A stretch of DNA of 64,000 nt from an uncultured bacterium (GTDB lineage Bacteria; Zixibacteria; MSB-5A5; UBA10806). The stretch covers positions 64,001 to 128,000 of the forward strand of contig CBEUCH010000005.1 of the NCBI GenBank assembly GCA_965541585.1. The letters are read 5' to 3'. Both the position numbers and the translations under genes were made by a program. The notes under the pieces are model-generated. The model made no database searches. It was not told where the DNA came from and saw only the letters and a list, made by a program, of their open reading frames with translations. Below are positions 21,023 to 31,076 of the stretch, piece after piece (position 1 is the first letter of the stretch; every line of letters starts with the position of its first letter).

Positions 21023-21192
21023 GATTGCCTCTTCCGACCAATCGGTCGGAAGAGCAATGACAATTGCGCGGTCGGACATTTTCGGCCGACCGCCTGCGCC
21101 GACAGATTGCAGGGCAGACATTATATGGCTATCTGACGGCACTGGTGATGCAATTGTCATTGCCGGTCCGGCAGTAGGCGGACCGGGCAATC
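21023..21192. repeat. Nested palindromic element (REP/MITE-like or structured RNA)
   Basis: Two inverted GATTGC-[hairpin]-GCAATGACA units, a perfect 14-bp IR (21054-21067 / 21150-21163) and internal hairpins. Confidence 0.7.
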
Positions 21193-21201
21193 GAGCCCAA
21201 C

Positions 21202-21232
21202 AAAAAAGCGGACACTGGTTCCGCCTTTCTTG
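21202..21232. terminator. Bidirectional-looking intrinsic terminator after the NtrC-family gene
   Basis: AAAAAA-GCGGA..TCCGC-CTTTCTT. Confidence 0.6.
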
Positions 21233-21253
21233 TTTTCATTATTGTTGCGATCC

Positions 21254-22681
21254 TCAGTATAGACCGTATTTGCTGATTCTATCTCTGAGTGTATTGCGAG
21301 AAATTCCCAATAATATCGAGGCTTTAACCTGATTTGAGCCTGTGTGTTTTAAAGCGGCCGAAATCAACGCCCTCTCAAAGCCAGATTGGAGGTGAGAATA
21401 AACATGGTTATTAGAAACGGCCACCAGCCTGTCAAAATTGGGGGAAATCAATTGAGAGAACATCTGGGCGTAGTCTTTCTCTATTTCCTCAAGATCGATA
21501 TGTACCATCTCCGACTTTTCGGATAGAACCGGGAAATGCTCCGGCAGAAGAACCTCACGTTTAGACATGACGATCGCAGTGTGAATGTTGTTTTCAAGCT
21601 CACGGATATTGCCCGGCCATGGATATTTCTTGAGGTCGTCGAGAGCCTCTTTGGAGATGCCCTCGATTCTTTTGCCAGTTTCCTGGGAGTACATCTTGAT
21701 AAAATGGTCGATTAGAAGCGGGACGTCGGTGCGCCTTTCCCTCAGCGGTGGCAGATGGATCGATACCACTTTCAGCCGGTAGAACAGATCAACGCGAAAT
21801 TTTCCCTCTTTTATCAGATTCACCAGCGATTTATTTGTGGCCGCGATCATTCGGACGTCGACTTTTATGGTGTCAGTCCCTCCGACCCTCTCGAACTCCT
21901 GCTCCTGCAGGATTCGCAAGACCTTAGACTGAGTAAGAGGGGACATATCTGCAATCTCATCAAGTAGTATGGTGCCTCCGCTGCAGACTTCAAATTTTCC
22001 CAGCTTGCGGGTATAGGCGCCCGTAAACGCCCCCTTTTCATGGCCAAATAACTCGGATTCCAAGAGCGTATCCGGGAGGGCCGCGCAGTTGACCGATAGA
22101 AACGGTTTATCCTTTCTCAACGAATTCTTATAGATGGATCTCGCTACCATTTCTTTCCCGGTGCCGGATTCGCCCTGAATCAGCACGGTGGCATCGCTGG
22201 TAGCCACCTTCCCGATTACCTTGGCGATCTCGACCATTTCCGAGGAATGCCCTATTATATCTCCAGGAATCAGGTCTTTTTCTTTGGAAAACGTTTCCAG
22301 GCCACGGAGGTGTGAGGATTCCTGCATAACCCGGTTTACCAGGCTCACCACTTTGTCAATATCGAATGGTTTAGTAATAAATTCATAGGCCCCCAGCTTC
22401 ATTGCCTCGATTGCGGCCTCGGTGGAGACATAGCCGGTCATGATGACAACCGGGATTGATGAATCCATTTCCTTGATTTTGCCCAGAATATCGAATCCCG
22501 AGAAATCCGGCAGATTGATATCGAGCATGACCAGAGCAATATCTGATTCTTTTACCTTCGCCAGGGCCTCTGCACCGGTACCGGCAACCTCAAAATCATA
22601 TTTGAAACTCTCCAGACACTCGACAAGGGTGCTCGTCACCTGTGAGTCATCATCGACAACCAGAACAGATTTTCTATTCAT
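21254..22681 (-). CDS. Sigma-54-dependent response regulator (NtrC family)
   Basis: Receiver (VVDDD, LDINLPD, KPF), GESGTGKE, ESELFGHEKGAFTGA and C-terminal HTH (LGISRNTL). Confidence 0.95.
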   Translation of the reverse strand: MNRKSVLVVDDDSQVTSTLVECLESFKYDFEVAGTGAEALAKVKESDIALVMLDINLPDFSGFDILGKIKEMDSSIPVVIMTGYVSTEAAIEAMKLGAYEFITKPFDIDKVVSLVNRVMQESSHLRGLETFSKEKDLIPGDIIGHSSEMVEIAKVIGKVATSDATVLIQGESGTGKEMVARSIYKNSLRKDKPFLSVNCAALPDTLLESELFGHEKGAFTGAYTRKLGKFEVCSGGTILLDEIADMSPLTQSKVLRILQEQEFERVGGTDTIKVDVRMIAATNKSLVNLIKEGKFRVDLFYRLKVVSIHLPPLRERRTDVPLLIDHFIKMYSQETGKRIEGISKEALDDLKKYPWPGNIRELENNIHTAIVMSKREVLLPEHFPVLSEKSEMVHIDLEEIEKDYAQMFSQLISPNFDRLVAVSNNHVYSHLQSGFERALISAALKHTGSNQVKASILLGISRNTLRDRISKYGLY

Positions 22682-22939
22682 ATCTTCCCAGATTCTCGCA
22701 AATATTCCAGTTCAATGGGCGCAAAAGCGCCTTCTCTACCCGAAGCATGCTTGAGGATCACTGCCTGGGCCAGCTTATTCCCCATTTCATAAATCGGCAG
22801 ATTGATTGAACTTATTAACGAAAACCGGGATCATCCGTTTCGACGTAACCGACCGCCGTTCCTCTCCCAATGAACAGGTTATGACCGGGCCAGGTATACT
22901 AATTTCAACAGACTGTGAAAAAATCAAAAAGATTGATAT

Positions 22940-25786
22940 CTAGGAATCCGGGTTCAGCCAATTTCTTATAACGCTGGTTATTTCTTCGGGAGATCTACAC
23001 TTAAACTTCGTTCCCCCGACCGACTTGAGAAATACTGAACCGAACGAGCTTTTTTCTATTCTGCTGTCGAGAGCCACGACGCACCCCCTATCAGCGGCGG
23101 TTCGGATTAACCTTCCGAATCCTTGCCTGAATTTCACCACGGCGTCCGGCAGGGATAGCTGCGAAAATGGACTCCGGCCGCTTTGCTCGATTTTTTCAAG
23201 ATTGGCCTTAAACCAAGGCCTATCCGGAACAGTAAAGGGGAGTTTGAAGAGAATCAACAGTTCAAGTAGCGCCCCCGGCAGGTCTATTCCCTCCCAGAAA
23301 GTATCTGTGCCGAACAGAACGGCCTTTTTTGATGATTTGAACCGTCGCAATATCCTCTCGGCGTTATAAAAACCTTCCTGGGAAAACAGGTCTATTCCAT
23401 CCGAACTCAACCGTTGACCTAATTGCTCAACCGCCGCTTTCAATGAACGATGAGATGTGAAAAGCACCATAGACTTTTTTGCTCCGGAGGCAAGGATCTC
23501 CGAAAGCGTCCGGAATGCCTCCTGTTCGAACTCGGGCCGCTTGGGCGATGGCAGATAGCCCGCGGTCACGACTGCCACCTCGGAATCAATGTCAAATGGC
23601 GAGTCCAGGCATATCGAAAGAGTCCTTTCGCCCGATCTGAGATCCAAGCCGAGCCTTTGAATGAAAAAATCAAAGTTCCGATTCACAGCCATGGTGGCCG
23701 ATGTAAACACGGCCGTCTTCAAGTGGTCATAGAACTCTCTATCCAGAAGCTTACCTACCTCAAGAGGCGCCGATAGCAATCTCGGAGAATGCTTTGCAGA
23801 TGATGGCACCTCAATCCAGTAGACATAATCAGGGTCCTCCGCATAAAGCAAATTGGATATCATCTCTCCGAAGCCTCTAAGATCGCTGCCAAAGGCCTCC
23901 AATCTGATAATTGATTCTCTCCTTTTCGGCAGGCCGTCGGCCTCTCGCACCAATCCAATCAAATGGTCAAGACGATCGGCCAGATTCTTAAGGGCGATTA
24001 AAAGCTCTTCTCGTGAGGGCAAATCGCAAAGGTTAGCATCTGATTTATAAGGTATTTCGCGGGCATCGCTGTCGCCGATCCTGGCGCCCAGGTTTTCGGA
24101 AAGTTCTGCAAAAAAATCACCTGAACTGTGATTCAACGACGTCGCAGAATCGATCACCGAATTGACTGCGCCCTCGAGTTTACCATTTGATTCGTGCAGA
24201 GATATTGAAAATCTCAAACCGACCAGAAAACCGGATTGTGTGGGACGTGAGGTATACATATCTGCCAGGAGGTTATCCAGGGAACGCTTATCCAATTTAT
24301 ATCCCAGGTACGATGCGGCAACCTTTTCGAGATTATGAGCCTCGTCGAAAATTATATGGCCGGCATCACGAACGAGATCGCCCCCCGAGGCGAAATCCGC
24401 AAAGGTAAGATAATGGTTGACGATAACCACCTGGGCCTTTTGAGATTCTCTTCTTATCTTAAGTAGAAAGCATTCATTTGCAAGCCGGCATGCCTGCCCC
24501 AGACAAAAACTCCCCTCGCATGATATGCGGCTCCAGATATAATAATTTCTCGCAGGATTAAAACCGTGGCATTCAGAGATATCACCGGTCCTGGTATGTT
24601 TCGCCCAGAGTATCAGAGAACCAAGAGCCTCTCTATCCTGCTTATTGTATGAGACCTCCGCCTCTGCCAGAAGCTCGCGATATTTCAAGAGGCACAGATA
24701 ATTGCCACGGCCTTTCAGCAATGCAGCCTTGAATTCGAAACCGACCGCATTTTGAATCTGTGGAATATCTTTATAGAAAAGCTGAGACTGCAGATTCTTA
24801 GTCTGGGTGGAGATAATCAAACGTTCGCGGTTTAGCGACGTCCACCAGCTCGCTGGTAGAAGATAGGCTAATGATTTTCCGATCCCGGTTGGCGCCTCGG
24901 CCAACAAAAATTCAGACCTGTTAAAAGCCCGGGCGATCTCGATAGACATACGCGCCTGTTGAGGACGGTATTCGAATGAGGAAATCGCATTGGAGAGAAT
25001 GCCTCCGGGAAGGAAATGATTTTCTACCGCGGCCGTATCCACTTCGATATAATCTTCGTAGGAGTCTGGAGGAGATGTCCCGATGACGTTATCCGGATAT
25101 TTCTCAAGAGACCCGCCAGTCTCCACTGATTTTTTCGTCGGATATTCAGCCATGATAGGCTTATCCGAGGATACCGGTTCAATCGGGCTTAGCGCCGCGC
25201 GGAAAATGTCTATATCCTGATTCCCGACCAGTATCCGCCCAATGGATTCCTTCGACGATACTGGTAAGGATGCCAGATATGATATTAACTTGAGATAGAC
25301 CTGACCGGTCGCCAGGCAGTCATCTAAAGCTCGATGGGCATTGACACGGTCAACATTGAAATATTTGATAAGAGTTCCCAGGCTGTAACGTGGCAGCCGG
25401 GGAAACAGTATCCTGGCCAGAATACCGGTATCCAGAACTCGCTGCGCCAGTTTGGCAGCTGCCTTTTTATCTTGATGGGACCTCAAGAAACCTAAATCGA
25501 ATGATATGTTATGTCCCACAATCCAGGTCGAGCTTTCTAAACGATCCTGAAAATCCTCGAATACGGATTCAATGGACGGTGCCGCCTTGACCATATTATC
25601 ATCTATCCCCGTGAGGCGTGTTATCTCATCCGGTATCGGGGCTGACGGTTTGACAAGCTGCGAAAATTTCTCACTCAGTTTCCCCTCTTCATAGCGGGCA
25701 GCGCCGAGTTCAATAATTTCGCAACTCCCGGGATCCAACCCGGTGGTTTCGAGATCTATGACTGTAAAGCTGTCAAATCTGCTCAT
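22940..25786 (-). CDS. dinG: DnaQ-exonuclease-DinG helicase fusion
   Basis: DLETTG / HRALDD DEDDh domain, EAPTGIGKS, DEAH, FWEGID, QGFGRLIR and Fe-S cysteines. Confidence 0.92.
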   Translation of the reverse strand: MSRFDSFTVIDLETTGLDPGSCEIIELGAARYEEGKLSEKFSQLVKPSAPIPDEITRLTGIDDNMVKAAPSIESVFEDFQDRLESSTWIVGHNISFDLGFLRSHQDKKAAAKLAQRVLDTGILARILFPRLPRYSLGTLIKYFNVDRVNAHRALDDCLATGQVYLKLISYLASLPVSSKESIGRILVGNQDIDIFRAALSPIEPVSSDKPIMAEYPTKKSVETGGSLEKYPDNVIGTSPPDSYEDYIEVDTAAVENHFLPGGILSNAISSFEYRPQQARMSIEIARAFNRSEFLLAEAPTGIGKSLAYLLPASWWTSLNRERLIISTQTKNLQSQLFYKDIPQIQNAVGFEFKAALLKGRGNYLCLLKYRELLAEAEVSYNKQDREALGSLILWAKHTRTGDISECHGFNPARNYYIWSRISCEGSFCLGQACRLANECFLLKIRRESQKAQVVIVNHYLTFADFASGGDLVRDAGHIIFDEAHNLEKVAASYLGYKLDKRSLDNLLADMYTSRPTQSGFLVGLRFSISLHESNGKLEGAVNSVIDSATSLNHSSGDFFAELSENLGARIGDSDAREIPYKSDANLCDLPSREELLIALKNLADRLDHLIGLVREADGLPKRRESIIRLEAFGSDLRGFGEMISNLLYAEDPDYVYWIEVPSSAKHSPRLLSAPLEVGKLLDREFYDHLKTAVFTSATMAVNRNFDFFIQRLGLDLRSGERTLSICLDSPFDIDSEVAVVTAGYLPSPKRPEFEQEAFRTLSEILASGAKKSMVLFTSHRSLKAAVEQLGQRLSSDGIDLFSQEGFYNAERILRRFKSSKKAVLFGTDTFWEGIDLPGALLELLILFKLPFTVPDRPWFKANLEKIEQSGRSPFSQLSLPDAVVKFRQGFGRLIRTAADRGCVVALDSRIEKSSFGSVFLKSVGGTKFKCRSPEEITSVIRNWLNPDS

Positions 25787-25929
25787 AGAACGATAATTTG
25801 TATAATTATAAGCGGGATTCCTCTTTCTATCCTCATTCGATCATTATATCGATGATCGATTCCTATGGCAAGCGTATTCGGATTCTGCTGTCAATTCGCG
25901 TGATCCGACACCATGCACGCACTCGAGCG

Positions 25930-26973
25930 CTATGGGGACTTCGCCCGTAGCTTACTGTAATATTCCTCGAGCGATTTATTAGACGATATCCTCAACATGG
26001 CAGCCTTCACCAGACGTGCTACATCCTTGCGTGAAAGCTTTATCGGCGGGCCGGCCATGGATTGCAAAGGATTGCTTTTGATCAGATTCAATGTCTCCAT
26101 GGCCAGAAATATCGGGACCGTCAGAAACATCCGCACCCCGCGGTAACGATGAGGGATGAGGGTGGTGTAGAGTATGGCATCGTCAAGATGAATGGTAGTC
26201 AGATCTGATAATTCGTTTACAAAATTCTTGATCGCCCGAGTATTTTTAGGATTTACAAGTGCGGAGGGCTTCAAGCCATGCTTCTCCATCACATCCAGAG
26301 GCAGGTAACAGATTCCCCTTTCACGATCGACCGGAACGTCTTTTATGACGTTGACCTTTTGTAGGGCGAGACCAAAGGAATTACCCAATCTCAGCAATTC
26401 TGATGCTATGTCTCCGTCGAGGCTATAATGCTGGATAAACAGCTCCGTCAGCATATGCCCGACGGTACCCGCCACATAATAGCAGTACCGGTTCCAATCC
26501 TCTATATCCTTTAGGGCTGCAACGGTCTCATCTTTCGAGGGTTTGAGGCGCGAATACTCCGCCATTCCTTTAGCCATCTCTCCCGCCCAGCGATATATAA
26601 TCGGTCTGTGAGCGGCAGGGAGCGACGCCAATATCTCAAACAGCTTCGATGATTCTGCAAGCAGCCGGTGATCGTCACCGAATCCGGGATCAATGGAATC
26701 ATATAGAGATGCTGTGGCCGTCTCTGAGATGCCTTCGCCTCTATATGCTCTTTCGAGTAGTTCTTTTAGAGAAGACAATCGTGCATATTTTTCTTCGCTT
26801 CCAAGATGCGGTGAATCCTCCAGCGTATCTGCAACCCGGCATAGCAGGTACGACGTGTATACCGAATCCCTCAGGCCCCGTGGCAAAAACCTGATTGTAA
26901 GGGCGAACGTTCGGCTGACCTTTGGGATAAAGTCCTTTATAAAGAGATCGTTTTTATCCGGTTTGGAGCGCAT
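25930..26973 (-). CDS. Squalene/phytoene synthase family protein (squalene synthase-like)
   Basis: KVSRTF, YLLCRVADTLED, YCYYVAGTVG and GLALQKVNVIKD..D...G.CYLP. Likely start MRSKP at 26973. Confidence 0.88.
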   Translation of the reverse strand: MRSKPDKNDLFIKDFIPKVSRTFALTIRFLPRGLRDSVYTSYLLCRVADTLEDSPHLGSEEKYARLSSLKELLERAYRGEGISETATASLYDSIDPGFGDDHRLLAESSKLFEILASLPAAHRPIIYRWAGEMAKGMAEYSRLKPSKDETVAALKDIEDWNRYCYYVAGTVGHMLTELFIQHYSLDGDIASELLRLGNSFGLALQKVNVIKDVPVDRERGICYLPLDVMEKHGLKPSALVNPKNTRAIKNFVNELSDLTTIHLDDAILYTTLIPHRYRGVRMFLTVPIFLAMETLNLIKSNPLQSMAGPPIKLSRKDVARLVKAAMLRISSNKSLEEYYSKLRAKSP

Positions 26974-27224
26974 TTCTTCTAATTTAAGCAGAATTGGCTG
27001 CCAAATCCACATCATTATCGAATTACCTGAAATGCTCAGATCGGAGATCAAATCTCTGTTTTTTTCGTCGGCAAAATTGAAACCAAATGTCCTTGCATGG
27101 AGTTATATGTATATATGCTGGATAATCTGTCCGGACTCATGTAACTGTGCAAGAATGCGCTATTCGGGAATCCCCGGAGATTTCCAACCCTTTTAAATCA
27201 AGACAACAGAAGGAGAACGCTGCA

Positions 27225-28511
27225 ATGAAGAAAGCGACAACAATCCTGGCTTTCGCTATAACATTCTTTATTTGCATGGCTGGATGGCAGTGCCTTTCGG
27301 CAACGGAGCTTACGACCGTTCGTGTAGCCTCGGGTCTTTCGGCGCCGATATTTGTCATTTCGCCCCCGGGGGATATGCAACGGGTTTTCATTGTCGAACA
27401 GCCCGGCCGCATAAAGATTCTGCAAGACGGGGAGATATTGCCGGTTCCGTTTCTGGACATAACCGGTGATGTCTCCTATGGAGGCGAACGCGGCCTGCTG
27501 GGGCTAGCCTTCCATCCGAATTACGGAAATAACGGTTATTTCTTCGTTAACTACACGAATAATTCAGGCAATACTGTCATTTCCAGATTTTCAGTCACCG
27601 CCGATCCTGACGTGGCCGATCCCGGGAGTGAATTTATCGTTCTTACGATCTGGCAACCGTTCGGCAATCATAACGGCGGCATGCTGGCCTTCGGGCCGAA
27701 TGACGGCTATCTGTATATCGGTATGGGTGACGGCGGATCGGGGGGCGATCCCGGCAACAGATCGCAGGACGATGGCGAACTGCTGGGAAAGATGCTCAGA
27801 ATTGATATAGATGGAGATCCGCCCTACGGTATACCTGATGATAATCCTTTTGAGGGGCCGGGTGATCCGCTCGATGAAATATGGGCCAAAGGGCTTCGTA
27901 ATCCCTGGCGCTTCAGTTTCGACAGGTCATCAGGAGATATGTATATCGCTGACGTCGGTCAGGGTACCTGGGAGGAGATCGATTTTCAGCCGGCATCGAG
28001 CGCCGGTGGGGAAAACTACGGCTGGCGCCTTATGGAGGGCAACCATTGTTACAATCCACCGAGCGATTGCGATCCCGGAGGTCTTACCTATCCGATTTAT
28101 GAATACAGTCACGGCGGCAATCCTTTTCGATGCTCCGTTACCGGTGGCTACGTATATAGAGGCGCTGCCATCCCGGATCTTCAGGGCATATACTTTTTTG
28201 CGGATTACTGCAGCGACCAGATATGGTCATTCCGTTACGACGGTAACGTCCCCGAAGTCACTGATCGAACCAACGAACTGGATCCGGGAAATGGCTTGTC
28301 GATTGATAACATCTCTTCTTTCGGTGAAGATGGTTCCGGCGAGATTTACATCGTCGATCTGGGCGGAGAGGTTTTCAAGATAGTACCGGTTCTCGACCCT
28401 GTTCCCACGCTCTCCGAATGGGGTATGATCATCCTGGCACTGATGCTATTAGCTTTGGGCACGGTCTGCATTATTGGGAGACGTAGGGCTGTCGCTATAA
28501 GTACTAACTAG
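27225..28511 (+). CDS. PQQ-dependent sugar (glucose/sorbosone) dehydrogenase-like beta-propeller with IPTL-CTERM tail
   Basis: GERGLLGLAFHP, NHNGG, GDGG, GLRNPWRFSFD. C-terminus VPTLSEWGMIILALMLL...RRR. RBS AGGAG. Confidence 0.9.
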   Translation: MKKATTILAFAITFFICMAGWQCLSATELTTVRVASGLSAPIFVISPPGDMQRVFIVEQPGRIKILQDGEILPVPFLDITGDVSYGGERGLLGLAFHPNYGNNGYFFVNYTNNSGNTVISRFSVTADPDVADPGSEFIVLTIWQPFGNHNGGMLAFGPNDGYLYIGMGDGGSGGDPGNRSQDDGELLGKMLRIDIDGDPPYGIPDDNPFEGPGDPLDEIWAKGLRNPWRFSFDRSSGDMYIADVGQGTWEEIDFQPASSAGGENYGWRLMEGNHCYNPPSDCDPGGLTYPIYEYSHGGNPFRCSVTGGYVYRGAAIPDLQGIYFFADYCSDQIWSFRYDGNVPEVTDRTNELDPGNGLSIDNISSFGEDGSGEIYIVDLGGEVFKIVPVLDPVPTLSEWGMIILALMLLALGTVCIIGRRRAVAISTN

Positions 28512-28527
28512 AATCTTACCGAAAAAA

Positions 28528-28552
28528 AGGCGATTCCGAATAGGAATCGCCT
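28528..28552. terminator. Terminator between convergent genes
   Basis: AGGCGATTCC-gaata-GGAATCGCCT, preceded by an A-run (T-run on the minus strand). Confidence 0.75.
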
Positions 28553-28574
28553 GCATCATTCAATTCAGAGCGTT

Positions 28575-29858
28575 TCAATCGATAAGCACCTTCTCCAGCC
28601 TCTCAACAAGATAATCTATTTCGTTATCGCTTATGATTAACGGCGGCGAAATTCTGATTGTATGGCCATGACTGTCGTTGGCCAGCATCCCCAGATCGAG
28701 CAGTTTGCGGCAGTATGAGATGGCATCGCCGCCTTTCATCTCTATACCTATGAAAAGGCCCCGCCCTCGCACTTCTTTAACATGCGGCGAACGGCCGGCT
28801 ATCTCCATGATCTTCTTTTTCAAAATCTTGCCGTTCTCAGCAGACCTGGCAGGCAGTTTTTCTTCGACGATAACATCCAGAGCAGCGTTGCCTGCCACAC
28901 AGGCGAGTGGATATCCGCCGAACGTCGAGCCGTCGGAGCCGGGCTGGAATGCCATATCCATTAGATTGGAATTGGCAACGAAAACCGACAACGGCAGCAC
29001 TCCCCCTGATATGGCTTTACCCAATACCAGGCCATCCGGGATTATGTTCTCATGCTCGAAACAAAACATCTTGCCTGTACGCCCCAGCCCCACCTGGATC
29101 TCATCGAATACAAGCAGCATATCATGTTTGTCCGCAATCTCCCTCAACCGTTTTAGAAAACCATCCGGCGGGATATACATACCGCCCTCTCCCTGCATCG
29201 GCTCCACCAGGATGCCGCAGGTGTTATTATTAATTGCCTTCTCAACCGCGTCCGAATCGCCGTAATCAACCGTAACGAAACCCGGGGTGAGCGGCCCGAA
29301 ACCGGTTTTATACTTAGGCGTGCTGGAAAACGACACCTCGGTTATCATCCGACCGTGGAAATTGTTCCCGAATACGATTATCTCCTGTTTGCCATCGGGG
29401 ATACCCTTCTCTTTGTACCCGTAGAAACGCATCATCTTGATAGCCGTCTCGACCGACTCCACGCCGCCGTTTTTGGGCAGGACCTTATTGCCGTTCTTAT
29501 CGAAACGAAGCCCCAGCTGAGGCACGAGGGTGGCTACCTTTTTCAAGAAAATGCCCATCGCATCAGTATAAACCATATTGGAAACGACCGAGCCATAGCC
29601 GCCCAGCAAAGCGTCAACAACCGCCCTGACGATCTTCGGATGGTGATGCCCCTGGTTTGCCGCGGAATAAGCAGCCAGGCAATCCAGATACTTTTTATCC
29701 TCGATATCGGTGAGCCAGGCGCCCTCGGCTTTACGAACCACCAGGTTCAGACGGTCGTAGTGGCCCGCCCCGTAAGTCTTGACAAATTCCAGGATCTCAT
29801 TATCGCTGGTCTGTGAGAAACCGCTCATATTTTTATCTTTAACGCTGATCTCAGCCAT
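28575..29858 (-). CDS. rocD: Ornithine aminotransferase (class III PLP)
   Basis: YLDCLAAYSA.NQGH.HP, NFHGR, EPMQGEGG, DEIQVGLGRTG, GKA.SGG, STFGG.P. Confidence 0.85.
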   Translation of the reverse strand: MAEISVKDKNMSGFSQTSDNEILEFVKTYGAGHYDRLNLVVRKAEGAWLTDIEDKKYLDCLAAYSAANQGHHHPKIVRAVVDALLGGYGSVVSNMVYTDAMGIFLKKVATLVPQLGLRFDKNGNKVLPKNGGVESVETAIKMMRFYGYKEKGIPDGKQEIIVFGNNFHGRMITEVSFSSTPKYKTGFGPLTPGFVTVDYGDSDAVEKAINNNTCGILVEPMQGEGGMYIPPDGFLKRLREIADKHDMLLVFDEIQVGLGRTGKMFCFEHENIIPDGLVLGKAISGGVLPLSVFVANSNLMDMAFQPGSDGSTFGGYPLACVAGNAALDVIVEEKLPARSAENGKILKKKIMEIAGRSPHVKEVRGRGLFIGIEMKGGDAISYCRKLLDLGMLANDSHGHTIRISPPLIISDNEIDYLVERLEKVLID

Positions 29859-30126
29859 GGTCAACTCCTTATTTTAATGCCATTATCTATGATACGTTGT
29901 CTTTTCTGAAAAAGCAAGATGTGAGAGAATAGACTTAAAGCTTTTTCGGGCTGAAAGATGTTCAGCCCCTGTGATTATTACCGTTATTACTATATGGTTG
30001 GTGTACGACCCCGCGCACCAGGCGGATTAATAGATAAGCAACACACAAGTGCGCTCAAACGTTTCATAGCAACTCCCCTTCCTTGCGATTCCTCGTTTGC
30101 GATCCCGTGATCAGGATTTCAGATCA

Positions 30127-30945
30127 TTATGTCGTGCCAATGACGACGTCAACCGATGCACCTTCTGAAATTGTTGAACCGGCGGGTGGCTCCTGTTTGA
30201 TTACTCTGCCGACCTTATCCGGGTCTTTAGTGACTTCATGCTTTACCTTGCCCAGCTTTAGATTGAGCATTTTTAATAATTCATCTGCTTTTGTTTCGGT
30301 CTTATCATTCAATTCAGGTACTATTACTTTGCCCGATGGGATTGTGCGGTCTATTTTGAATAGCTTGTTGACCTTATCATCCAGCCAAATGAAAACCTGC
30401 GGGGAACCGTATCCTGAGAGCGCGCCAATAGCAAAAGCCGCGAAGGCCTGGGTTGAGAGATACCCATTTGCTGTGAAACCCCCTCCTGAAAGAGCAGCAA
30501 TGCCGCCACTGGTGATGGCGTATACAATGGCCGCCAAGATGGCTCCGACCAGAGGCAGGGTTAAGTACTTCCACATAAAGCGCCAGCTGGAAGCCCTTTT
30601 TTCAGGATGCCAGAGGACAAAGGTGCGGATTCCATTCATAACGCCCCCCAAAGCTCCGCCGATAACCGTGAATGCCAATAGCTTTATTAGGGAAGATTCT
30701 TGGAAATCTACGCTCTCCCGGATGATGCAGCTCAGTAATATGTTATTCCCGATGAACATATCAATAAGCTGCCAGCAAAGGAAAACAAGCATGGCAATCA
30801 AATATAATATGCTGACTGTTGCAGAAGCGATATCCAGAAGTCCCTCGGTTTCCAGTTCATAGGCCTTGCCGGTCTGCTCATCTACGGCATACTCACCGGT
30901 CTTTTCTCCCCATAGAAGTTTTGATAGAGGTTTTGAATTTTTCAT
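30127..30945 (-). CDS. Multi-pass membrane protein with C-terminal PASTA domain
   Basis: About four TM helices. C-terminal VPEL...A..LL...NLK.G..GRVIKQEPPAG..I..G..V PASTA pattern. Confidence 0.7.
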   Translation of the reverse strand: MKNSKPLSKLLWGEKTGEYAVDEQTGKAYELETEGLLDIASATVSILYLIAMLVFLCWQLIDMFIGNNILLSCIIRESVDFQESSLIKLLAFTVIGGALGGVMNGIRTFVLWHPEKRASSWRFMWKYLTLPLVGAILAAIVYAITSGGIAALSGGGFTANGYLSTQAFAAFAIGALSGYGSPQVFIWLDDKVNKLFKIDRTIPSGKVIVPELNDKTETKADELLKMLNLKLGKVKHEVTKDPDKVGRVIKQEPPAGSTISEGASVDVVIGTT

Positions 30946-31076
30946 TTTACGTCCTTTCCGCCTTTTAATTAATCAAAATACGTCTTTTACTTCAAGATCC
31001 CCTGCCTGTCCGAATTTATCTGAACCGATATAATATGGTACCCGGTTCTAGGGCAAACTGATATCAGGAGAAGACT

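Noticed and set aside
22940..25786. DinG as part of a type IV CRISPR or other defence system
   Set aside because: It is the ordinary DnaQ-DinG fusion in a housekeeping context, with no cas genes or array.
30083..30862. Long antisense or alternate-frame ORFs (e.g. 30083-30862, 51962-52681, 55236-55991, 27811-28383)
   Set aside because: They are shadows of well-supported genes and show no recognisable motifs.
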